DNA of 64,000 nucleotides. Source: an uncultured Verrucomicrobiae bacterium (GTDB lineage Bacteria; Verrucomicrobiota; Verrucomicrobiia; Chthoniobacterales; UBA10450). Every line of letters begins with the position of its first letter. Within the stretch, counting starts at the first letter, position 1. Both the position numbers and the translations under genes were made by a program. Positions 50,222 to 59,932 of the stretch are shown here, piece by piece. Location: positions 800,001-864,000 of the forward strand of contig CAWDGJ010000002.1 of NCBI GenBank assembly GCA_963801815.1, given 5' to 3'. Under the pieces are notes generated by a model that was given only the letters and a program-made list of their open reading frames with translations, ran no database searches and was not told the DNA's origin.

Positions 50222-50674
50222 TTAGCGCACTGCTACTTCCGTCGAGTGCGGCTCGCCTTGGGCTATCAGTGTTTCAACGGGAACACCGAGCCATTTCGCG
50301 GCGACTTGGCGGTCCTCGAACATTTCGACTTCCAAAGACGAGTAATCAGTCATGAGAGCGTGGATTTTAACGAGATGCGCCGCTTCCGGATGCGTGACGT
50401 AAAACGCGGACTTTATCGGCTCACGCCCGGCATAGGAAAGACGCCGGTAAAGAGCGATATGAAAAACATACTTGAAGGTCAGATGGAAAGACTCAACAGC
50501 CGAGAGATCACAAAAGCGATTGAACGGGAGAGCGGCCATGGTTTCTCTTCTGAGCAGCTTCACCAGGACTTTGTTTACAGCTGCTTCATCAAGAATGCCG
50601 CGCGGCCTCCAGACAAAGAGGTGTAAATCTTCGTGGAACAGAACATCTGGCGCGGTTTCCTGCTCTCGGATCAC
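50222..50674 (-). CDS. Hypothetical protein (paralog of 27943-28350)
   Basis: WRPRGILDE, FKYVFHIALYRR, IKSAFYV, AAKWLGV. Confidence 0.7.
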   Translation of the reverse strand: MIREQETAPDVLFHEDLHLFVWRPRGILDEAAVNKVLVKLLRRETMAALPFNRFCDLSAVESFHLTFKYVFHIALYRRLSYAGREPIKSAFYVTHPEAAHLVKIHALMTDYSSLEVEMFEDRQVAAKWLGVPVETLIAQGEPHSTEVAVR

Positions 50675-50711
50675 ATCGTACGTTCACTAGCCCCAGTCGC
50701 CCCCTAGGTCT

Positions 50712-50729
50712 ATTGGACCTTAGTCTCAT
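50712..50729. promoter_or_regulatory. Palindromic box ATTGGAC-CTTA-GTCTCAT
   Basis: Between divergent 50674 and 50824 genes; extra half-site just to the left. Confidence 0.8.
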
Positions 50730-50823
50730 CCTCGCGGCCGCCGGATCACTGTTACCATTGGCCCCGATTGCGGTGGCCGAATTGGAAGTATCTTCCGTCA
50801 TCCTGTTTCTTGCCTGAATCCCC

Positions 50824-51084
50824 ATGTCTGCTGAAGTTAACGACGAAATCGAATTGGAGCTGGCACATGTCCTCTTCATCGACATCGTCGGCTACTCGAA
50901 GCGTTTGATTAACGAGCAACGTGCGTTGCTGAATACACTCAATCAAATCGTCCGCAGCGCCGACAAGTTTCGCGAAGCGGAAGCGGGCGGTCGCTTGAAA
51001 AGAATTCCTACCAACGACGGCCTAGCCCCATCTCCGTTAACTCGTGCAACAATGTTTGGTTCCGCGTCTTTGTGTTGTCCTTAG
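50824..51084 (+). pseudogene. Truncated adenylate/guanylate cyclase (N-terminal fragment)
   Basis: AHVLFIDIVGYSK...PTNDGLA; similarity ends after about 68 aa. Confidence 0.75.
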
Positions 51085-51464
51085 GGCTTTTGGGGAGCGA
51101 ACAAGAGGCACGGGACACACCAGACTGCCATAGCCGCGTGGAGAAGCACGGCCGGCCAGAGCGCGATTCCTCGCAATCCCAAACCAACGCCGGCCAAAGT
51201 GAGGAGCGCGGCAACAGCAACGTTGTAGAGGAACATGGCCGCGACTAGTCCCCGCGCCGCGCGGCTGTGTGTATCATCGCGCGCAAGCCAACAGGCGACA
51301 CCTAGCGCGAGCAGCGCGACTCCGGCCACGCGCCCGAGCATCGTTGCGACGGATGTGTCAAGCGGCGAACCGAGCAATAGTCTGACGACAAAGGATGGCG
51401 CGGCCATCAGCCCCAATCCCGTAGGCATTTCAATGATGGCGCTAATCCTCAACAGTTTCTTCAT
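51081..51464 (-). CDS. Small 4-TM membrane protein
   Basis: Hydrophobic 127-aa ORF starting right after the sulfatase stop. Confidence 0.7.
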   Translation of the reverse strand: MKKLLRISAIIEMPTGLGLMAAPSFVVRLLLGSPLDTSVATMLGRVAGVALLALGVACWLARDDTHSRAARGLVAAMFLYNVAVAALLTLAGVGLGLRGIALWPAVLLHAAMAVWCVPCLLFAPQKP

Positions 51465-51468
51465 CCAG

Positions 51469-53973
51469 CTAATCTTTCAAGCGAGCCACTCTGTCGGCAA
51501 TTTCTGGAAGCTGCTTGCGATCCTCTGCTGTCATCTGCGACGGGCCGAGGTCAAAGGTGAGCTTGTTGATTTTGCCGGTGAACTTGAACGGACAATCGTA
51601 GTGATACTCCAAGGCAGCCACCGGGGTGCGGGTGTCCATTCCCACATCGAAGGTCTCGTCTTCTGGGAAATCGATGGGGATGGTGTGCTCCATGGATTTC
51701 TTGGCCACTTCCTTCCCATCCACAGTCAGCGTGCCGGTGCCGCCCTTGCCTAAACCGGGACCTTCGGGTTTGAAGTCGAACTTAATCGTATGCTTGCCGC
51801 CCTTTAACTCCGGGCCTTCCCAAGCCGTCCGCTTGAGATCGAGGAAGTTATAGAGAAAAACCAGGTGTCCCCGGCCGAATCCCAATTCGCCTTTGCTCAG
51901 GAACAACCCGTAGCCACCAAAACGTCCGCCGTCGGTCACGATCATGCCTTCCGCGCCGCCTTCAGGAATCTCGACCTCGGCGGTGATGCTATAGGACTTT
52001 TCCTTGATGTCGGGTGCGGCGGCGTTCGGGACATCGCTCAAGGTCCCTGAATAGGTGAAGGTCGTCCGTCCCGCCGTCGCGCTTGGACGCTTCACCGTGA
52101 AGCGCGCCAGCGTCGAGTTGTCGAGCGGCAACACGTTGTACTTCGCCGCTTCGGCGTAGAAGACACCTTGCAAGGTTTTGAGTTTGTCCGGCATTTTGGC
52201 CGCGAGATCCGTAGACTCAGTGACGTCGTCGTTGAGATTGTAGAGTTCCCATTTGTAGCCCGTGAGCACGTCCGGCGGCGGAGCAGTGCTAAGAATCCAC
52301 GGGATCGTTACTGGAGTCGTCGCGGCCATCCAGCCGTCCTGGTAAATGGCGCGGTTGCCCAGCATCTCAAAGTATTGGGTGCTATGTTTAGTAGGGGCGT
52401 TGGCGTTGGCCTTGTCCCAGGTGTAGGCCAGGCTCACTCCTTCGATGGGTCGTTGCTTGATGCCATTAATAGTGTCGGGCGCGGAGATGCCGGTAGCTTC
52501 CAGTATTGTCGGCACGATATCGATGACGTGGTGGAACTGATTTCGAATGCCTCCGACATCGTTGATATGGCCGGGCCAGGAGATGCACATGCCTTGAGCC
52601 GTGCCGCCCCGATGCGATGCCACTTGCTTGCACCATTGAAACGGCGTGTCGAAGGCCCACGCCCAGGCCGCCGCCATATGCGGGAAGGTCCGCTCCGATC
52701 CCCAGAACTCGTACCAGAGGAACTGATCCTTCACTGGAACAGAGATACCATTGAAGGTTGTGAACTCGTTAGGCGTGCCGTTAAGCATCCCCTCGGCACT
52801 CGCGCCGTTGTCGCCGCTAATGTAGATGATGAGTGTGTTATCGAGCTTGCCCATGTCCTCGACCGCCTGGATCACCCGGCCAATCTCGTTGTCGGTGTAG
52901 GCGAGATAAGCGCCGTAAACGTCGGCCTGTTTGATGAAGAGTTTCCTTTGCTCCAAATCGAGTGTGTCCCACTCCGGCAGGCTCTTTGGCCACGCTGTCA
53001 ACTGCGCATTGGCGGGCAGGATGCCGAGTTTCTTTTGGTTGGCAAAAATGGTTTCTCTCACCTTGTTCCAACCGCCGTCGTAAAGATGCATGTCGCTAAT
53101 CTTCTTGATCCATTCGGGAGTCGGATGATGCGGCGAATGCGTGCCGCCAGGGACGTAATAAACGAAGAAAGGTTTGTCTGGCGCAATTTCGCTTAGTTGC
53201 TTCATGTAATGGATGGCCTCATCGGCCATCGCCGTGGTCAAATTCCAGCCCGGATGCCCGAGATAGGGTTCGATGACCGAAGTATTCCGGAACAGGTTCG
53301 GTTGCCACTGGCTGGTGTCGCCGCCGACGAACCCATAGAAATATTCGAACCCCAAGCCGGTCGGCCACTGGTCGAACGGCCCGGCCTGGCTCGCTTTGTA
53401 AAAGGGTGTGTTGTGATCCTTGCCGAACCACGAGGTGGCATATCCGTTCTCCTTGAGGATTTCAGCGATCGTGCCGCAATCCTTCTGGATGACCGAGTCG
53501 TACCCCGGAAAACCCGTCGCCGCTTCACCCACCACGCCGAAGCCGGCCGTGTGGTGATTGCGCCCGGTAATGATCGCCGCGCGCGTCGGTGAGCAGAGAG
53601 CACAGGAATGAAACTGCGTGTAACGCAACCCCGCCTTCGCGATGCGATCCAATGCCGGCGTCGGCACGACCCCGCCGAACGTGCCGGGGGCACCGAATCC
53701 GCAGTCGTCAGTCATGATAAGTAAAACGTTGGGCGCGCCTTTGGGCGGCACGACGGTGGGCGGCCACCACGCTTTCGACTCCGTGGCCTTTTCCTTGATC
53801 ACGCCGCCAAACGTCGGATCGGGTGCGGGCAGTTGTTTGCCATCGATAGTGGTGGTGGCATTGGGTGCACCGAGTGTGCCGGTCACTTGCTGGGCTGGCG
53901 CGGGTGGGGCAACGAACATCGCTGCCGCAACGACCAGAACGTGCAGGCCGCAGTATTTCGTTTTGTCTTTCAT
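51469..53973 (-). CDS. Arylsulfatase, Cys-type (copy 1)
   Basis: Signal peptide, LIMTDD, CSPTRAAIITGR, FGKDH, GDNG, C-terminal extension. Confidence 0.93.
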   Translation of the reverse strand: MKDKTKYCGLHVLVVAAAMFVAPPAPAQQVTGTLGAPNATTTIDGKQLPAPDPTFGGVIKEKATESKAWWPPTVVPPKGAPNVLLIMTDDCGFGAPGTFGGVVPTPALDRIAKAGLRYTQFHSCALCSPTRAAIITGRNHHTAGFGVVGEAATGFPGYDSVIQKDCGTIAEILKENGYATSWFGKDHNTPFYKASQAGPFDQWPTGLGFEYFYGFVGGDTSQWQPNLFRNTSVIEPYLGHPGWNLTTAMADEAIHYMKQLSEIAPDKPFFVYYVPGGTHSPHHPTPEWIKKISDMHLYDGGWNKVRETIFANQKKLGILPANAQLTAWPKSLPEWDTLDLEQRKLFIKQADVYGAYLAYTDNEIGRVIQAVEDMGKLDNTLIIYISGDNGASAEGMLNGTPNEFTTFNGISVPVKDQFLWYEFWGSERTFPHMAAAWAWAFDTPFQWCKQVASHRGGTAQGMCISWPGHINDVGGIRNQFHHVIDIVPTILEATGISAPDTINGIKQRPIEGVSLAYTWDKANANAPTKHSTQYFEMLGNRAIYQDGWMAATTPVTIPWILSTAPPPDVLTGYKWELYNLNDDVTESTDLAAKMPDKLKTLQGVFYAEAAKYNVLPLDNSTLARFTVKRPSATAGRTTFTYSGTLSDVPNAAAPDIKEKSYSITAEVEIPEGGAEGMIVTDGGRFGGYGLFLSKGELGFGRGHLVFLYNFLDLKRTAWEGPELKGGKHTIKFDFKPEGPGLGKGGTGTLTVDGKEVAKKSMEHTIPIDFPEDETFDVGMDTRTPVAALEYHYDCPFKFTGKINKLTFDLGPSQMTAEDRKQLPEIADRVARLKD

Positions 53974-54149
53974 AGTTTGGTTCCGGTTACTGAATCTACA
54001 AAAGTAATGCGGCGGTAATTCAAGCGCGGTTTGTGATCGTTACACTTGTTAGGCGTGGAGCGCCGTGCCGGCACGGAGTGAGCAAAGGCATACGTTTCCC
54101 GAAATTCTCAGGTTCGGCCTTCTTTGCGCCAATTGGACCTAGGTCGTAC
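53974..54149 (-). repeat. Duplicated sulfatase leader/promoter (copy A)
   Basis: First ~90 nt nearly identical to 56724-56815; box at the same offset from the ATG. Confidence 0.8.
54132..54149. promoter_or_regulatory. Palindromic box ATTGGAC-CTAG-GTCGTAC
   Basis: Upstream of sulfatase 1. Confidence 0.7.
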
Positions 54150-54206
54150 GAAGGGCGTTTCAACACCGGATCAACGCGGCAGCAACAACTTGCCTTGGAT
54201 TTTCGG

Positions 54207-56723
54207 TTACTCGCTGAGTTTGTTGTTCCGTTGCGCCTCTTCGAGTGTCTTGATGTCGTCGGGCGACAACTGCGGCCGGTCCACTTTGATCGTCAGCTTG
54301 TTAAGCTTGGCGGTGAGCGGAAAAGGAGGCAGATAATCCGAGTCGTTTACACCGGTCAGCGTGTCGGAGCCAATGTCGAAACTCTCGTCCCATTGCAAAA
54401 TCATGGGCAGGGTTTTCTCCATCTTCTGGGTGGCGACTTCCTTCCCGTCAACCTTAAGAGTGCCGGTGCCGGGACGGCCAAGACCGCTCATATTATTAAA
54501 GGCGAGCGTGCCGACGCCAAGGCCATCATACTTGAAGTCGAACTCGACCGTATGTTTGCCGGGTATGAGCGCGTCCGGGCCTTCCCACTTCACGCGTTTC
54601 AGGTCAATCAGGTTCCAGAGGAATACCGGTTTGCCCTTGAGCAGGTAGAATCCGTAGCCGGCAAACCGGCCACCCGAGGTCACAATCATGCCTTCAGCTC
54701 CGCCTTCAGGTACATCGATGTCCGCCGTGATGGTGTAGGAGGTGTTGAGCAACATCGGGGAGTCGCCCTGTGGCAATCCGACCATCGGGAGCGTGTAAAC
54801 GAACTCGGTGCGACCGGCCGTGATGTTCGGGCGCGGCGCCACGATGCGGGCGGCCACCGATGCGTCCATCGGGAAAACCTCATACTTCTTCGCTTCCGCT
54901 ATGAACATCTGTTTCATCGCCTTCACTTTGTCCGGATATTTGCTTGCCAGGTTCTGGGACTGACTGAAGTCCTTGTCCAAGTTGTAGAGTTCGAGCACCT
55001 GGTTATTGAGCGGGTCGGGATTTGCGGGGCCAAAGGCTTCCCACGGCGCCCGATTCACTTGAGTGCTCAGCAGCCACCCTTCGTGATATAAAGCCCACTG
55101 GCCCATCATCTCGAAATACTGGGTTGTATGCTTCGAGGGCGCCTTGGCGTTCTTCGCGTCGAACGTATAGGCGAAGCTCGTACCTTCGATTGGTGCTTGC
55201 TTGATGCCATCCACCATTTGAGGCGCGGGAATGCCGGAGACCTCCAGGATCGTGGGCACAATGTCATTGATGTGACAGAACTGTTGGCGCAGGCCGCCTT
55301 TGTCCGCGATGTGACCGGGCCATGAGATGGCCATGCATTGACGGATGCCGCCAAGCTTCGAGGCGTTCTGTTTGAACCAGGTGAAGGGCGTATCAAAGGC
55401 CCAAGACCAGCCCGCCGACATGTGGTTGTAGGTCTGCTCCGTGCCCCAGACGTCGTACCACTTCATCTGGTCGGCGACGGGCATCATGTTTACGCCGTTA
55501 AAGAATGCGACTTCGTTAGGCGTGCCAACGGGCCCGCCCTCGGCGCTGGTGCCATTGTCGCCATTGATGTAGATGATGAGCGTGTTATCCAGCTTACCCA
55601 TATCCTCGACGGCCTGGATGACACGGCCAATTTCGTAGTCGTTGTAGGCCTCATAGGCGGCGAAGACTTCCACCTGCTTGACGAAGAGCTTCTTTTCCTC
55701 GGGCGTGCAATCATCCCAGTTCTTGAGAATTTTCGTAGGCCAGGGCTCTAGTTGGGTATCCGCCGGAATCACCCCAAGTCGCTTTTGGTTTTCAAAAATT
55801 CTCTCGCGCAATTTGTTCCAGCCATCGTCGAACAGGTGCATGTTGTGGATCTTGTCCACCCATTCCTTTGTCGGATGATGCGGTGCGTGCGTGGCGCCTG
55901 GAACGTAATAACAGAAGAACGGTTTGTCCGGCTGGATCTGGTTAACGCGATTGAGGTACTCGATGGCGTCGTCAGCCATGCCGGTGACCAGGTTCCAGCC
56001 GGGCTTGCCTTGGAAGGGATAGATCTGCGTGGTGTTGCGGAACAGATTCGGTTGCCACTGATTCGCGTCGCCGCCGACGAATCCGTAAAAGTATTCGAAT
56101 CCCTGTCCGATGGGCCAGTTATCAAACGGTCCTACCTGGCTGGCGCAGAACGCCGGCACGTTGTGATCCTTTCCGAACCACGACGTCGCATAGCCGTTGT
56201 CCAAAAGGATGCGGCCGATGGTCGCCTTGTCCTTCGGGATGATGCTGTTGTAACCCGGGAAACCGGTCGATTGTTCGGAGATCACGCCGAAGCCGGCTGA
56301 ATGATGATTGCGCCCCGTGATGAGCGCGGCCCGCGTCGGCGAGCAGAGCGCAGTGGAGTGAATATTATTGTAGCGCAAGCCGGAATTAGCGAGTCGATCC
56401 ATCGTGGGTGTCGGGATGACGCCGCCGAACGTGCTCGGCACGCCGAAGCCCGAGTCGTCCGTCATGATGAGCAGGATGTTGGGTGCTTTCTTGGGCGGAA
56501 CGATTCGCGGCGCCCACCACGGTTTGGATTGAAGGGCTCCCTCCTTAATGACGCCGCCGAACTTCGGATCGGGTGGCGGGAGTTGCTTACCATCGATCGT
56601 GGTCGTGGCGCTGGGCTCACCGGGCGTGCCGTTGATTTGCTGAGCTGGCGCGGGTGGGACGACGAACATCACTGCCGCAGCGACCAGAAGGGCCAGGCCG
56701 CCGTATTTTGTTTTGTCTTTCAT
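54207..56723 (-). CDS. Arylsulfatase, Cys-type (copy 2)
   Basis: MKDKTKY signal as in copy 1; CSPTRAALITGR. Confidence 0.93.
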   Translation of the reverse strand: MKDKTKYGGLALLVAAAVMFVVPPAPAQQINGTPGEPSATTTIDGKQLPPPDPKFGGVIKEGALQSKPWWAPRIVPPKKAPNILLIMTDDSGFGVPSTFGGVIPTPTMDRLANSGLRYNNIHSTALCSPTRAALITGRNHHSAGFGVISEQSTGFPGYNSIIPKDKATIGRILLDNGYATSWFGKDHNVPAFCASQVGPFDNWPIGQGFEYFYGFVGGDANQWQPNLFRNTTQIYPFQGKPGWNLVTGMADDAIEYLNRVNQIQPDKPFFCYYVPGATHAPHHPTKEWVDKIHNMHLFDDGWNKLRERIFENQKRLGVIPADTQLEPWPTKILKNWDDCTPEEKKLFVKQVEVFAAYEAYNDYEIGRVIQAVEDMGKLDNTLIIYINGDNGTSAEGGPVGTPNEVAFFNGVNMMPVADQMKWYDVWGTEQTYNHMSAGWSWAFDTPFTWFKQNASKLGGIRQCMAISWPGHIADKGGLRQQFCHINDIVPTILEVSGIPAPQMVDGIKQAPIEGTSFAYTFDAKNAKAPSKHTTQYFEMMGQWALYHEGWLLSTQVNRAPWEAFGPANPDPLNNQVLELYNLDKDFSQSQNLASKYPDKVKAMKQMFIAEAKKYEVFPMDASVAARIVAPRPNITAGRTEFVYTLPMVGLPQGDSPMLLNTSYTITADIDVPEGGAEGMIVTSGGRFAGYGFYLLKGKPVFLWNLIDLKRVKWEGPDALIPGKHTVEFDFKYDGLGVGTLAFNNMSGLGRPGTGTLKVDGKEVATQKMEKTLPMILQWDESFDIGSDTLTGVNDSDYLPPFPLTAKLNKLTIKVDRPQLSPDDIKTLEEAQRNNKLSE

Positions 56724-56899
56724 GGTTTGGTTCCGGTTACTGAAATCTGCAAAAGTAATGCGGCGGTAACTCGAGCGCGGTTGGTGGTCGTCACACTTGT
56801 TAGGCGTGGAGCGCTGTACGGAGACGGATAGAGGAGCGGCATGCAGTCCCGCAATTCTTAGCCCCAGGTTTTCAAGCGCCAATTGGACTTAGGTCTTAC
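56724..56899 (-). repeat. Duplicated sulfatase leader/promoter (copy B)
   Basis: Matches 53974-54149. Confidence 0.8.
56882..56899. promoter_or_regulatory. Palindromic box ATTGGAC-TTAG-GTCTTAC
   Basis: Upstream of sulfatase 2. Confidence 0.75.
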
Positions 56900-57057
56900 A
56901 GAAAATGCCGGGGGCTACGCCTGGCGCAGCCCCGCAAGTTTCAGAGGTGAGGCTACCTAGTCATTCACTCGAGCGACGGCCTCTGCCTTGGCCTTCAGTG
57001 AGACTATTCCGTCTCCGTTATCTCTGCTTGCTGTTAAATCCTGTCTTGAGAGATCAA

Positions 57058-58500
57058 TCAAAGCACAGGCCCGAGGAGGGCCAGCGTGTTGTTCCAGAAC
57101 TTTCGTGGCAGAGACCACGCCTCCAACATCTCGCGCGTAACTGGCCGTGACTTCTCCAGGTAATCCATCTGCCGTTCGCGCATGGCCGCGGTCAGCGCAG
57201 CATCGAGTAGCAGAATGTTGTTCTCGTAGTTCAGGTCGAAACTGCGCCGATCCATGTTGGCCGAGCCAATGAGCGTGACATCGCCATCAACCGTGAGCGA
57301 TTTGGTGTGCAGCAGTCCGCCGACGTACTCGTAAATCAACACGCCAGCGGCGAGTAGATCGGGATAGTAACTGCGACTCGCGCCAGCCACGATCCAGGAA
57401 TCGTTGCGCGCGGGAAGAATGATCGTGGTCTTTACGCCGCGGTAGGCCGCCGAGCAGAGTGCGTTTTGCAGCGACTCATCGGGAACGTAATATGGCGTCG
57501 TAATCATCAAATCGTTGCGCGCCGCGTAAATCAGCGCTTCGAACAACTCCGGCATCGCGGAGCAGCGAACGGTTGGTCCGGTGCCGACCGCCTGCGCCAC
57601 AAAGCCCAGCCTGGGAGCGTGTAACGGCTCCCGCAACAAGTCGTCCAGGTTTTCGTTAGTCGCGCTCATCCAGTCAACCGCGAAGAGGCGCTGATTCTCC
57701 TGCGCGATCGGGCCCTCGAAACGCATCAGCGCATCCACCCACGGCGCAAACTTCGCCTTGATGAGAAATTCCGGATCCGCGCAATTTTGGCTGCCGCAGT
57801 AGGTGATGGCATTGTCGATCACCACGATCTTGCGATGGTTGCGCAGATCGACTCGCCGGAAGGGTGCCCGCAACACGGGGTGACTGATCGCGAGTGCCAC
57901 GCCCACTTTCACGCCCGCGGCCTGCATCGCCTTCCATTGCTCCGATTTCAGCAATCCACGCGAACCGAGATTATCCACCATGGCACGGCATTGCACGCCC
58001 CGTCCTGCGGCCCGCTTGAGCGCGTCGGCCACGCGGCTCCCGTTGATGTCGGTGAGCCAAATGTAGAAGAGGACATGGACGTGATCCTTCGCCGCATCAA
58101 TGTCCGCCACCATCGCGTTGATGGCCGCGTTCGAATCGGCCAGCAACCGTGCCGAATTGCCCGCGATCGGTTCGAAACCGCTGATGGATCGGCCGACCCG
58201 AAACAGATGCTCGTAACGATCGGGAATCTCCGTTCGCAGATTGGCGTCGTCGTCCGCTGTTCCGGGGCGGGGCGGCGGCATGCGATTCTCGATGGCTCGC
58301 AATTTGGCCGCGCGCCGGCGGCCGATATTCACCTCGCCGAACAGAGCGTAGGCGATCACGCCGAGCAGCGGCAGCGCGAGAATTACCGCCACCCAAGCAA
58401 TGCGCGAGGCGGGTTCGCGATGCGGCCGCAACATCACGCGCACCAGGACAACGAGCTCCACCGTTAGGCCGGCGGCCAGTATGATCTTGGGGAAAGTCAT
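57058..58500 (-). CDS. cls: Cardiolipin synthase
   Basis: Two N-terminal TM; two HKD motifs RNHRKIVVID and HTKSLTVD; TPYYVPD. Confidence 0.93.
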   Translation of the reverse strand: MTFPKIILAAGLTVELVVLVRVMLRPHREPASRIAWVAVILALPLLGVIAYALFGEVNIGRRRAAKLRAIENRMPPPRPGTADDDANLRTEIPDRYEHLFRVGRSISGFEPIAGNSARLLADSNAAINAMVADIDAAKDHVHVLFYIWLTDINGSRVADALKRAAGRGVQCRAMVDNLGSRGLLKSEQWKAMQAAGVKVGVALAISHPVLRAPFRRVDLRNHRKIVVIDNAITYCGSQNCADPEFLIKAKFAPWVDALMRFEGPIAQENQRLFAVDWMSATNENLDDLLREPLHAPRLGFVAQAVGTGPTVRCSAMPELFEALIYAARNDLMITTPYYVPDESLQNALCSAAYRGVKTTIILPARNDSWIVAGASRSYYPDLLAAGVLIYEYVGGLLHTKSLTVDGDVTLIGSANMDRRSFDLNYENNILLLDAALTAAMRERQMDYLEKSRPVTREMLEAWSLPRKFWNNTLALLGPVL

Positions 58501-58883
58501 CTTGCGTCCAAATCAGATTAGCCCGCATTTGCAGATCTCGTCATCATGCTGCGCGATTATCGACTAGTCGACCTTAAGGTCTAAGACGTGTCGCCCGCGA
58601 GAATAAGGCGGGCAACGCGGCGCTGCACAAGGGCATTGGAACATCTGTGGCGATAACGCGTCTGAAGCGCAAGCAAGCGTCGCCAATTCGTAAGCTTCAA
58701 GAAAAACAATCTCCAAGCACCAGAGAAACTTCAAGGGCCAAACATCAACGCCTAACACCCCAGCCTTTGGAGCTCGTTCGTTGGTTCTTCTCTGGAAGCT
58801 GATCAACTTCGTGCGTGGCAATCTCATAGGACGTCTTGTTGTTTTGGTTTCCCCAGAGTCATCGATCGGCCGATCCTTCGACT

Positions 58884-58901
58884 ATTGGACCAAGGCCGTA
58901 C
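58884..58901. promoter_or_regulatory. Palindromic box ATTGGAC-CAAG-GCCGTAC
   Basis: In the divergent cls / DUF4239 intergenic region. Confidence 0.55.
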
Positions 58902-59049
58902 GACCACACGCGGAGTACCCGTGAGAATTCTTCACCGGGTAAGCCGGCGGCGCGAAATGGTTCGATACTACTTTGAGAGATACCGTCTTCCAAAATGACG
59001 CCAGACTTCACAATGACCGCCGCGTCCTATACAATCATTCAGTAAATCC

Positions 59050-59805
59050 ATGAGTCCTATCATTGCCTCAATCATCACACTGGTCGCCCTTTGCCTTGCG
59101 ATTCTGGTTGGACACCAGATTCGCCGCACCCTGCCGGATCGTCGATTGAACGATGAAACCAAGGATACGGTAAAACTCTCCATGGGTCTGGTGGGGACTC
59201 TGACGGCTCTCCTTCTCGGCCTGCTCATCAGCTCAGCCAAGAATTCTTACGACACGCAACGCAGCCAGGTGACACAGATGGTGGCAAAAGTGGCCGTGCT
59301 CAATCGTGTGCTAGCCCTTTACGGCGACGAAACACTCCCGGCTCGTAAACTGTTTCGTCTCGCGATCGAAGATGCGATCCGACGGTTGTGGCCGAAAGAC
59401 AGAAATGCTTCCGCACAGCTGCAGCCCAACACTCAGGTGGCGGACTCGGTTTATTTTGAAATTGAAGCTCTCACGCCGGCCAACGATCGCCAGCAAAAGC
59501 TCAAGGCGATCGCCGAGACTAACGCGGTTGATATTGCGCAGCAGCGCGCGTTGCTCGTGGCGCAGTCGGAAAGGTCCGTCTCGGCTCCGATGCTGTTGGT
59601 GCTTGCTTCCTGGCTCATCATCATCTTCGCCAGTTTCAGCCTGCTCGCTCCGCCGAACCTGATGGCAAATCTTGCTTTGGTCATTTCGAGTATCGCCGTG
59701 GCCGGCGCAATTTTTCTTCTTCTCGAACTCGACCAGCCGTTCGATGGTTTGCTTCGAATCCCGAACCGCGAAATGGTCAACGCCTGGCAGCAATTGCCGC
59801 AGTAA
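59050..59805 (+). CDS. DUF4239 / bestrophin-like membrane protein
   Basis: GTLTALLLGLLISSA, LLELDQPFDG. Confidence 0.8.
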   Translation: MSPIIASIITLVALCLAILVGHQIRRTLPDRRLNDETKDTVKLSMGLVGTLTALLLGLLISSAKNSYDTQRSQVTQMVAKVAVLNRVLALYGDETLPARKLFRLAIEDAIRRLWPKDRNASAQLQPNTQVADSVYFEIEALTPANDRQQKLKAIAETNAVDIAQQRALLVAQSERSVSAPMLLVLASWLIIIFASFSLLAPPNLMANLALVISSIAVAGAIFLLLELDQPFDGLLRIPNREMVNAWQQLPQ

Positions 59806-59932
59806 CCGCTAAAAACCAATTCCGGTCTCGATGTAAGGACCGTTCAAGTCGGTCTTGTTTGTAAAACCGCCTGACATGTAGTCGTACTTCATGTAACGGC
59901 CGCAAAGCGCAAAGAATTGTTTTCCGACTGAA

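Noticed and set aside
56724..56882. N-terminal extension of the 891-aa sulfatase ORF
   Set aside because: The paralog starts at MKDKTKY; the extension is the shared leader
58570..58581. GAC-CTTAAG-GTC upstream of cls, plus 5-nt-spacer look-alikes at ~41671 and ~46868
   Set aside because: Spacer length differs from the consistent 4 nt, so these were not counted as boxes, though they may be variants
58564..58827. 87-aa ORF upstream of cls
   Set aside because: No recognisable motifs; it appears to read through a degenerate inverted repeat (ccagagaa / ttctctgg)
24889..58901. Recurring palindromes as a CRISPR array or MITE family
   Set aside because: Copies are kilobases apart, degenerate and only 18 bp; there are no spacers, cas genes or target-site duplications
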